Assembly (NCBI GenBank): GCA_016190205.1
Contig: JACPQZ010000076.1
Coordinates: 4,632-68,631 of the forward strand
Source of the DNA: Candidatus Omnitrophota bacterium
GTDB taxonomy: Bacteria; Omnitrophota; JACPQZ01
Reading direction: 5' to 3'
Length of the DNA stretch: 64,000 bases
Shown: positions 57,004 through 64,000 of the stretch, piece by piece
Numbering within the stretch: the first letter of the stretch is position 1
Layout: each line of letters begins with the position of its first letter
Program-made: the position numbers and the translations under genes
The notes under the pieces: model-generated
The model's input: the letters and a program-made list of their open reading frames with translations, nothing else
Told to the model about the DNA's origin: nothing
Database searches by the model: none

Positions 57004-58377
57004 TCATACCGGCTGACTTGCCGTTGGGGGCCCCTCTCTTAAAGACACGTTTTCAAAACGCGTATATTCCTTCACAAATGACAGGGTCAGCGACCCCACA
57101 GGACCATTCCGCTGCTTGCCGATGATGACCTCGGCCAGCCCCTTGTTCTCTTCAGTCGGACTGTAATATTCCTCGCGCAATAGAAGTATGACGACATCGG
57201 CGTCCTGTTCTATCGCCCCTGATTCCCGCAGGTCGGAAAGCTGCGGCCGGCGATCCGACCGGGATTCCACGGCCCGGGAAAGCTGACTCACTGCAATGAG
57301 AGGCACGGAGAGCTCCCGGGCCAGAGACTTCAAGCCGCGGGAAATATCGGATATCTCCTGCTGGCGGTTCTCCACGTTCCCCGTTCCTCTCATAAGCTGA
57401 AGGTAGTCCACAACGATGAGCTCGATCTTCTCCTGCACCTTGAGCCTGCGGGCCTTCGCCTTCAGTTCGAGGGCGGAGATGCCGGGCGTGTCGTCAATAA
57501 AAATCGGGGCCTCGCTTAACCTGCCCGCAGCTCCGGTAAGACGCGTCCAGTCGGTCTGCGACAGCCACCCGGTGCGAACCTTATGGGCGTCTACCCGGGC
57601 ATGCGAGCAGAGCATGCGCTGGACCAGCTGTTCCTTGCTCATCTCCAGGCTGAAGATGGCGACGGGCCGGCGTTCAATAACGCCCACATGCTCGGCCAGG
57701 CACGCAATAAACGCGCTCTTTCCCATGGAGGGCCTGCCCGCCACCACGATAAGATCGGAAGGATGAAAACCGGACGTCATGGCATCCAGATCGATGTAGC
57801 CCGTGGCCAGCCCCGTCACGGCCTCCTGCTTTTGATAAACCCGCTCGATCATCTCGATGCTTTCCTTGACCACTTCCTTGAAAGGCACGAAGCGGCCTTC
57901 GATACGCTTCTCGGAAATGGCCAGGATGGTCTGCTCCGCCTGATCCAGCACGCCGTCCACCTCGCGCGTAGGGTCAAACGAGTCTGTCACGATGCCCGTC
58001 GCCGCCTGAATCAGGCTGCGCAGGAGATATTTTTCCTTGACGATGCGAATGTAATGGCCGACATTCGCGGCGGTGGGGACGGCGGTCGAGAGTTCGGCCA
58101 GGAAGCTCGCTCCGCCGACCTCTTCTAAAGACCCCTCCTTGCGAAGCTGGTCCGTCAGGGTGACGAGATCGACCGCCCGTTCGCTGTCGAACAGCCTGAC
58201 GACAGCTTGAAATATCTTGGCGTGCTCTTTCCGGTAGAAACTGGAGGGGGAGAGAAGCTCGATGGCCCGGCGAATCGCCTCCTCATCGATGAGCATCGAG
58301 CCCAAGACACTCGTCTCGGCCTCGACATCCTGTGGGGGGAGCCGCTCGGTGCGTAACTCGGTGTCGACCTGCTGCAA
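57004..58377 (-). CDS. dnaB: Replicative DNA helicase
   Basis: GRPSMGKS, SLEM, DYLQL, DLRESGAIEQDAD, KQRNGP. Confidence 0.97.
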   Translation of the reverse strand: MQQVDTELRTERLPPQDVEAETSVLGSMLIDEEAIRRAIELLSPSSFYRKEHAKIFQAVVRLFDSERAVDLVTLTDQLRKEGSLEEVGGASFLAELSTAVPTAANVGHYIRIVKEKYLLRSLIQAATGIVTDSFDPTREVDGVLDQAEQTILAISEKRIEGRFVPFKEVVKESIEMIERVYQKQEAVTGLATGYIDLDAMTSGFHPSDLIVVAGRPSMGKSAFIACLAEHVGVIERRPVAIFSLEMSKEQLVQRMLCSHARVDAHKVRTGWLSQTDWTRLTGAAGRLSEAPIFIDDTPGISALELKAKARRLKVQEKIELIVVDYLQLMRGTGNVENRQQEISDISRGLKSLARELSVPLIAVSQLSRAVESRSDRRPQLSDLRESGAIEQDADVVILLLREEYYSPTEENKGLAEVIIGKQRNGPVGSLTLSFVKEYTRFENVSLREGPPTASQPV

Positions 58378-58385
58378 AGTAACCT

Positions 58386-58460
58386 CTATCAGCTTTCAGC
58401 TTTCAGCTATCAGCTATTAGCTATCAGCTTTCAGCTAACGGCTGAAGGCTGAAGGCTGAC
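58386..58460. repeat. Inverted heptamer arrays (GCTTTCA / GCTGAAG)
   Basis: About 7 TCAGCTT/TCAGCTA units followed by gctgaag gctgaag gctgac. Confidence 0.85.
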
Positions 58461-58464
58461 TTCG

Positions 58465-58908
58465 CTATTGCTTCACGACCCAAACTTTAAGTTTGCCTGC
58501 GGCGTCCGGGTGGAGTTTGACTTCCACTGTGTAGACACCCAGCTTTTTGATGGGTTCGGGGATCAGGATGTCTTTTCGGTCGATCGAAAGACCTTCCTGC
58601 TGAAGCGCCTGAGCAATATCAGCCGTCGTGAGCGACCCGAACAGCTTATCGTCCGGTCCGGCCTTTTGAGCCACGGTGACCGACATGGAACTCAACCGCC
58701 GGGCGAGTTTCTGGGCCTCTTCCAGCGCCCTCTTTTGCCTCGCCTCTCCCGCCAGGCGCTTGCGCTCCAGCATCTTGACCTGTCCGGGCGTCACTTCCAC
58801 AGCCAGCCGCTGAGCCATGAGATAATTCCGCGCAAAACCGTCGCTCGCCTGGACCCGCTCTCCGGCCTTACCTACCTTTTCTACGTCTTTCAGTAATAAT
58901 ATTTCCAT
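58465..58908 (-). CDS. rplI: 50S ribosomal protein L9
   Basis: GFARNYL, KLFGS, IKKLG..V.LHP. Confidence 0.95.
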   Translation of the reverse strand: MEILLLKDVEKVGKAGERVQASDGFARNYLMAQRLAVEVTPGQVKMLERKRLAGEARQKRALEEAQKLARRLSSMSVTVAQKAGPDDKLFGSLTTADIAQALQQEGLSIDRKDILIPEPIKKLGVYTVEVKLHPDAAGKLKVWVVKQ

Positions 58909-58924
58909 AACAAACCTCTACGAT

Positions 58925-59038
58925 CGTTCTTCGTTCATCGTTCTTCGTTCTTCGTTCTTCGTTCGACAACCCGGGTATTTGACATGGATTTCATTTTTTT
59001 GCTGTTACGAAGCACGATGCACGATGAACGAAGCACGT
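58925..59038. repeat. Inverted heptamer arrays (TCGTTCT / ACGAAGC)
   Basis: (TCGTTCT)x5-6 ... acgaagc acgatgc acgatga acgaagc. Confidence 0.8.
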
Positions 59039-59046
59039 CGTGCCAT

Positions 59047-59355
59047 CTATTCCCCTGTGAATGGCGTCAGCGCCACCATACGCGCGCGCTTGATGGCCCG
59101 CGCGAGCTCACGCTGATGCCAGGCACAGTTTCCGCTGATCCGGCGCGGGACGATCTTGCCCTTTTCCGTCACGAACTTCACGAGCCGCAAGACATCCTTG
59201 TAATCCACCCGTTCCACTTTTTCAGAACAAAACTTGCACACCTTCTTCCTAAAGAATTTGCGCGCCTGGGCCTGCGCCTTCCCCTTCTTCCCTGCCAGCG
59301 CCTTTTTTCCTCTGGGGGGACGTTCACTTTCATACTTTGATCCGAAATCTCTCAT
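59047..59355 (-). CDS. rpsR: 30S ribosomal protein S18 (Zn-binding type)
   Basis: [24 protein letters not shown]. Confidence 0.95.
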   Translation of the reverse strand: MRDFGSKYESERPPRGKKALAGKKGKAQAQARKFFRKKVCKFCSEKVERVDYKDVLRLVKFVTEKGKIVPRRISGNCAWHQRELARAIKRARMVALTPFTGE

Positions 59356-59811
59356 CTAAAAGGGTACCTCATCTTGGGGGTGCGCCTGGGTTTCATGCCC
59401 CGTTTTTTCTTCCTGCACAAGGGGAACCTCTTCCACCTGGACACTGGGCACTTCATTCAGCTCCTGCTCGACCTTACCCTGCCCTTTGCCCAAAAATTGG
59501 ACGTTATTCGCGACGACCTCGAGGGTGCTTCGCTTCTGCCCGTCCTGGGTCTCCCAGGACCGTGACTGGAGACGCCCCTCCACAAAAACGGGGCTCCCCT
59601 TCTTAAGATACTGCGCGCAAACCTCTGCCCGCCGCGCCCAAACAACCACCCGCACGAAACTGGCCTCTTCCCGGCGCTCCCCGTTCGTAGTAAAGGCGCG
59701 GTTCATCGCAAGGGTAAAGCTAGCCACGGCCTGCCCGCTGGGGATGTACCGGAGCTCGGGGTCGCGCGTCAGGTTGCCCATCAATAAGACGCGATTTAAG
59801 CTGGCCATCAT
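59356..59811 (-). CDS. ssb: Single-stranded DNA-binding protein
   Basis: GNLTRDPELR, VEGRL, C-terminal DEVPF. Confidence 0.96.
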   Translation of the reverse strand: MMASLNRVLLMGNLTRDPELRYIPSGQAVASFTLAMNRAFTTNGERREEASFVRVVVWARRAEVCAQYLKKGSPVFVEGRLQSRSWETQDGQKRSTLEVVANNVQFLGKGQGKVEQELNEVPSVQVEEVPLVQEEKTGHETQAHPQDEVPF

Positions 59812-60128
59812 GCACCTCCTGTTTGAGGAGTTACGGTGAGTGTGTTTTTAGCAATCAAGTGTCTCATGACCTTGGGGTTAAGTGTCAAGGCGCGCGAGAA
59901 GTCTTTAACGCGCCCGGGATCCATCTCGAGGTGAATAACGAAATAATGACCCTCCAGTTTCTTGTCAATCCGGTAAGCAAGCGGGCGCTTCTGAAGGTCG
60001 CGCCGGTCCACCACCTTCCCGCCCTCTTCCACCACCTGCCGCTCGATACCCTGAATCACCTTGGCCAGGTCCTCCCCGCTGCCCTCCGCCTGTAAGATGA
60101 GCAATGCCTCATATGTTTGGGTCTTCAC
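59808..60128 (-). CDS. rpsF: 30S ribosomal protein S6
   Basis: YE, LAYRIDK..EGHY, VMRHL; synteny. Confidence 0.9.
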   Translation of the reverse strand: MKTQTYEALLILQAEGSGEDLAKVIQGIERQVVEEGGKVVDRRDLQKRPLAYRIDKKLEGHYFVIHLEMDPGRVKDFSRALTLNPKVMRHLIAKNTLTVTPQTGGA

Positions 60129-60700
60129 AAGATCTCCTCTAGCCCGTTGTAAACGTTCATAACGTGAGCGGCGCCCTCCCGAACCCAATCCTCACAAATC
60201 TGCGCCGCGTGATCCACCAGCCGCTTTAATCGGTCTTTCTCCTTCCGGTCCGCGGGGGCAAGGACATAATCCGTGAGGTCCTTAGGCAGGCTGGACTCGC
60301 CAATCCCGCAGCGTAAACGGGGAATCGCGTGGGAACCGACCTCTTCCAGGATATTTTCCAGGCCCTGATGTCCCCCGCTCGTCCCGTGATCCCGGATGCG
60401 GAAACGGCCCAGCGGGAGATGGACATCATCCAGGACCACCAAGATCTCGCTTGCCTCGACCGACCGGGCCTCCTGAAAGGAACGCACGGCCACCCCGCTT
60501 TGATTCATAAAGAGCAGTGGTTTGACGAGCCAGACCGTCTCCCGGCCCACCGCCCCGCGGCCTTCCTCGTAACCGGGGTCCCGCCCGCAAAACTTGAGGC
60601 CCTGACGCCTTGCCAATTCGTCCAGCACCCAGAAGCCGAAGTTGTGCCACGTATTCCGGTAACGCTGGCCTGGATTACCCAGGCCCACGATGGCCTTCAC
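60125..60700 (-). CDS. pth: Peptidyl-tRNA hydrolase
   Basis: IVGLGNPG, HNFGF, KP..FMN.SG, GGHQGL. Confidence 0.95.
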   Translation of the reverse strand: MKAIVGLGNPGQRYRNTWHNFGFWVLDELARRQGLKFCGRDPGYEEGRGAVGRETVWLVKPLLFMNQSGVAVRSFQEARSVEASEILVVLDDVHLPLGRFRIRDHGTSGGHQGLENILEEVGSHAIPRLRCGIGESSLPKDLTDYVLAPADRKEKDRLKRLVDHAAQICEDWVREGAAHVMNVYNGLEEIL

Positions 60701-61436
60701 CCTTGCCCTTCTCTTCGGTCTTTTCCGGAGCAGCCTTTTCCTTGGCCGACGCCGGCGGTTTCTCCGCCGCTGGTGTGCCTTCCGGCACTTCTTCCTTCTT
60801 ACCCTTGGTTATAACCTCGGGCTCCTGGGTCTCTGCCCCTTCCACAGCAACAGGCTCGGGTTCCTTTTCAGGATGCACCACCGTCACCACCACCGCATCG
60901 GGCTCATTCAGCACCTTTAAAGAGGAGGCGAGAACCAGATCCTTGACATGGATCGCCTCGCCCATCTTAAGCAGGGAGCAGTCCACCTCGATCCGCTCCG
61001 GGATATCGGCAGGAAGGCATTCGACTTCCAGTTCCCATAAGATGCGTTCCAAAATTCCTCCATCCTGAACCACACCCACAGCCTCTCCCTTCACAGCGAC
61101 AGGGACCTTGATCTTGATGCGTTGGGTGAGCGATATGTGGTCAAAATCCACATGCTGGATGACCCCGGTGACCGGGTCCTGCTGGACCTCCCGGACGAGG
61201 ACCGTCTTGGAATGGGCCTTCACGCCGCCCCTGATTTCAAGGTCGATGATCACGTTCCCGCCCAGTCCAGTGCGGAGGGCACGCTCCAGATCAGACCTGG
61301 GAACCTTGAGATGTACCGAGGCCTCTTTCTTTCCGTACACAACTGCGGGGATAAATCCCCCGCGCCTTAAACGCCGAGCCTCGGCACTCCCGATCGTCGA
61401 CCTTTCTTCAGTCTTCAGCTTGTATTTTTCTGGCAT
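60675..61436 (-). CDS. rplY: 50S ribosomal protein L25/Ctc
   Basis: RRLRR.G.IPAVVYG, HVDF; ATG 61436. Confidence 0.93.
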   Translation of the reverse strand: MPEKYKLKTEERSTIGSAEARRLRRGGFIPAVVYGKKEASVHLKVPRSDLERALRTGLGGNVIIDLEIRGGVKAHSKTVLVREVQQDPVTGVIQHVDFDHISLTQRIKIKVPVAVKGEAVGVVQDGGILERILWELEVECLPADIPERIEVDCSLLKMGEAIHVKDLVLASSLKVLNEPDAVVVTVVHPEKEPEPVAVEGAETQEPEVITKGKKEEVPEGTPAAEKPPASAKEKAAPEKTEEKGKGEGHRGPG

Positions 61437-61455
61437 ACACTGCCCCTCTATGACT

Positions 61456-61561
61456 TTCGCGGGATTCGCGTTTCGTGATTCGGGAATCGGGAACAGGGAA
61501 TCAAAACCTTTTTTCAGCGGTACCCGCTTCCCGGTTCCCTGTTCCCGTGTCCCGGACACGG
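61456..61561. repeat. Inverted heptamer arrays (TCGGGAA / TTCCCGG)
   Basis: tcgtgat tcgggaa tcgggaa cagggaa ... ttcccgg ttccctg ttcccgt gtcccgg. Confidence 0.75.
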
Positions 61562-62515
61562 CTACACAAACAAGCTACTAACGGACTCCTCCAAATGAAT
61601 CCTCCGGATCGCCTCTCCCAAAAGTGGAGCCACGCTCAAGACCTTAATTTTGCGGTGCCTCCTGCCCGGCCCCAGCGGGATCGTATCCGTCACAACCAGC
61701 TGCTGTAACGGGGCCTTGGCGATGCGTTCCATCGCCGGTCCCGACAGCACCGGATGCGTGACCGCCGCATAAATATCCTGCGCGCCGTGCTTCTTAAGGG
61801 CATGGGCCGCCTCGCAGAGAGAGCCTCCCGTGGCCACGATGTCGTCCACAATCACAGCGGTACGGCCCCGCACCTCACCGAGGAGATTCATCACCTCGGC
61901 CTCTTCGTCGCTCACGCGCCGCTTGTCCACTATGGCGAGCTCGGCATGGAGCCGCTTGGCAAACGCCCTCGCCATCTTGATGCCGCCTACATCGGGCGAG
62001 ACCACCACCAGGTTCTTAAACTGAGGCCTCTTAAAGTAATTGATAAAGACCGGGGCCGCATAGAGATGATCCACCGGTATATCGAAAAAACCTTGAATCT
62101 GCCCCGCGTGCATGTCCATGGAAAGCACGCGCTGGGCCCCAGCGCCTACCAATAGATTCGCGACGAGTTTCGCGGTGATGGGGACGCGCGGCTGGTCCTT
62201 TCGGTCCTGCCGGGCATAGCCATAATACGGCATGACGGCCGTGATCCGGCTCGCAGATGACCTCCGCAGGGCATCGAGAAAGATCAAGAGCTCCATGAGG
62301 TTGTCGTTGGCCGGCGGCGACGTGGACTGAATGACGAAGACGTCTTGCCCCCGCACATCGTCGTTGACCTTGAGGCGGATCTCGCCCTCGCTGAACCGGC
62401 CCACGTCCGCACTGCCCACCGCGAGCTTGAGATACGCGCAGATCGCCTTTGCCAGATCGGGATTGCTATTTCCGGTAAATACCAGAATGCCGTTTTTCGG
62501 TTTGCCGCGGGTCAA
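61562..62515 (-). CDS. prs: Ribose-phosphate pyrophosphokinase
   Basis: YGYARQDRK, VSPDVGG, VDDIVATGGS; TTG start at 62515. Confidence 0.96.
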   Translation of the reverse strand: MTRGKPKNGILVFTGNSNPDLAKAICAYLKLAVGSADVGRFSEGEIRLKVNDDVRGQDVFVIQSTSPPANDNLMELLIFLDALRRSSASRITAVMPYYGYARQDRKDQPRVPITAKLVANLLVGAGAQRVLSMDMHAGQIQGFFDIPVDHLYAAPVFINYFKRPQFKNLVVVSPDVGGIKMARAFAKRLHAELAIVDKRRVSDEEAEVMNLLGEVRGRTAVIVDDIVATGGSLCEAAHALKKHGAQDIYAAVTHPVLSGPAMERIAKAPLQQLVVTDTIPLGPGRRHRKIKVLSVAPLLGEAIRRIHLEESVSSLFV

Positions 62516-63636
62516 CGCCTGTCCTCCTTCGACAATCCTTGGGCTTCGGCGGAAATCCACGGGCCCACTGAAAGAGAGCGTTGTGCCATCGTCCCGGCGC
62601 CGACATCCACCCTCCGGGGCACCTTGCAATCCGTCAAGAAGGCGTGGTGATGCACCGTGGTGTCGCTTCCGATGACCGACTCCGCCACCTCCACAAAATT
62701 ACCGAGGGTCACATTGTCTCCCACCACCGTGCCCGACCGGACACGGCAGAACGGTCCAATCCGGCAATTCCGGCCGATGCGGACACGGCCTTCGAGCATG
62801 GTGAAGGGGTAGATGATCGTGTCACGTTCGATCGTCACCTGGCTGTCAATGTACGTGGTGGAGGGGTCGACAATGGTCACCCCATTGGAAAGATGCGCAT
62901 CCAGGATGCGGTCTTTCATCACCTTGTGCGCCAGCGTAAGTTCCCTGCGCGTGTTGACGCCGATGATTTCGCTGGGATCGTTGGTTGACACCGATTCAAT
63001 GCGAAGCCCCTGCTTGGCCAGGACAGCGATGCAATCGGTCAGATAATATTCATTCTTCTCATTGACGGGGGCGATCTCCTTCAGGGCCCTAAAGAGCGGC
63101 TCGACGCGAAAACAATAGGCGCCCGCGTTGACCTCTCCGATCGCCCTCTCAAATTTGGCCGCATCCACTTCTTCCACGACGCGGCGGATACGGTTTCTGT
63201 CATCACGGACAATCCGGCCGTAGCCGGTCGGATTCGAGAGATAGGTCGTTAAAAGCGTGCAGTCGGCCTTGTTGCTGCGATGGCGGACGCACAAGCCCCG
63301 CAGGGTCTCCTCCGACAAAAGCGGCGTGTCGGCATAGAGCACGAGGATGTGTCCCTTATGTCTCTTCAGCGCCGGGTATGTTTCCAAGACGGCATTTCCG
63401 GTCCCGAGAGAGTTTTTCTGCCGGATGGTCTCTATACGGGCTCCCAGGGCGCGCTTGACCCGGCCGCCTTCCTGGCCGGTCACGACAATGATGCGCTTCA
63501 CCCCGATGCTGCGCACGGCAGTCAAGAGATAGTCAAAGATCGCCTGACCGCAGATGTGATGCAGCATCTTGGGGATAGCGGAATTCATCCGCGTATACTT
63601 GCCGGCGGCCAGGATCACGCCTACGATATCTTGCAT
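62512..63636 (-). CDS. glmU: GlmU-like protein, C-terminally shortened
   Basis: LAAGK.TRM, GYGRIVR, EYYLTD, short hexapeptide domain; upstream of prs. Confidence 0.8.
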   Translation of the reverse strand: MQDIVGVILAAGKYTRMNSAIPKMLHHICGQAIFDYLLTAVRSIGVKRIIVVTGQEGGRVKRALGARIETIRQKNSLGTGNAVLETYPALKRHKGHILVLYADTPLLSEETLRGLCVRHRSNKADCTLLTTYLSNPTGYGRIVRDDRNRIRRVVEEVDAAKFERAIGEVNAGAYCFRVEPLFRALKEIAPVNEKNEYYLTDCIAVLAKQGLRIESVSTNDPSEIIGVNTRRELTLAHKVMKDRILDAHLSNGVTIVDPSTTYIDSQVTIERDTIIYPFTMLEGRVRIGRNCRIGPFCRVRSGTVVGDNVTLGNFVEVAESVIGSDTTVHHHAFLTDCKVPRRVDVGAGTMAQRSLSVGPWISAEAQGLSKEDRR

Positions 63637-63690
63637 AGGACTTGAGGAGTCGGGCCCCGTCCTGACACTCGATCTAATGGGCGGGGTAGG

Positions 63691-64000
63691 TCAGGCGATC
63701 TTCCGGTCTGAATCCTCGCCTGTCTTGGGAAAGAAAAGCGGCTCCGTTCGCTCGAGTATCACTTCCTCGGTGATCACGCACTCGGAGATGTCCTTCTTTG
63801 AGGGCAGCTCGTACATGATATCCAACATTACAGCTTCCAAAATAGAGCGCAACGCCCGCGCCCCCGTTCCACGCGCCATGGCGGCCTGGGCGACGGCCTT
63901 GAGGGCCTCGGGCGTAAACGTCAGCTTCACGTCTTCCATCTGAAAGAATTTGACATACTGCCGGATCAGGGCGTTTTTGGGCTTCGTCAGGCAGTCCATG
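63691..64000 (-). CDS. clpX: ATP-dependent Clp protease ATPase subunit, 3' part
   Basis: PKNALIRQY, TGARALRSILE, MYELPS. Confidence 0.93.
   Translation of the reverse strand, partial: MDCLTKPKNALIRQYVKFFQMEDVKLTFTPEALKAVAQAAMARGTGARALRSILEAVMLDIMYELPSKKDISECVITEEVILERTEPLFFPKTGEDSDRKIA

Overview
A GC-rich (by eye) diderm bacterial window, mostly coded on the - strand; gene style suggests the PVC superphylum, possibly Omnitrophota (inference). Left (1-18.9 kb): a GlgE-pathway glycogen/trehalose cluster (malQ partial, treS-mak fusion, glgE, glgX, DUF2934, glgP), marC, rlmN, a LeuT-like transporter and a metal-uptake operon led by a CxxC/RSPP leader ORF. Middle (19-35.4 kb): an accessory region of small co-oriented genes (several toxin-antitoxin-like pairs, TylF methyltransferase, pirin, tag, yjbQ) downstream of tRNA-Lys/Glu/Val/Asp, separated by REP-like palindromes and containing fragments of neighbouring genes. 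Right (35.5-64 kb): core genes frr-pyrH-tsf-rpsB, msbA, gnnA-like/lpxB, glnA with a NifA-like activator, lpxI-A-C/fabZ-D, skp, bamA, dnaB, rplI-rpsR-ssb-rpsF, pth-rplY-prs-glmU and clpX (partial). The most striking non-coding signal is a shared architecture downstream of two unrelated tRNAs (Asp and Lys): an 18-nt spacer, an inverted copy of that tRNA's own 3' end stopping at position 70, a shared 9-mer, then a direct copy of the 3' end. Nested heptamer-repeat palindromes also occur at many intergenic sites. No CRISPR array, integrase or transposase was seen. All family calls come from motif recognition, not database searches.
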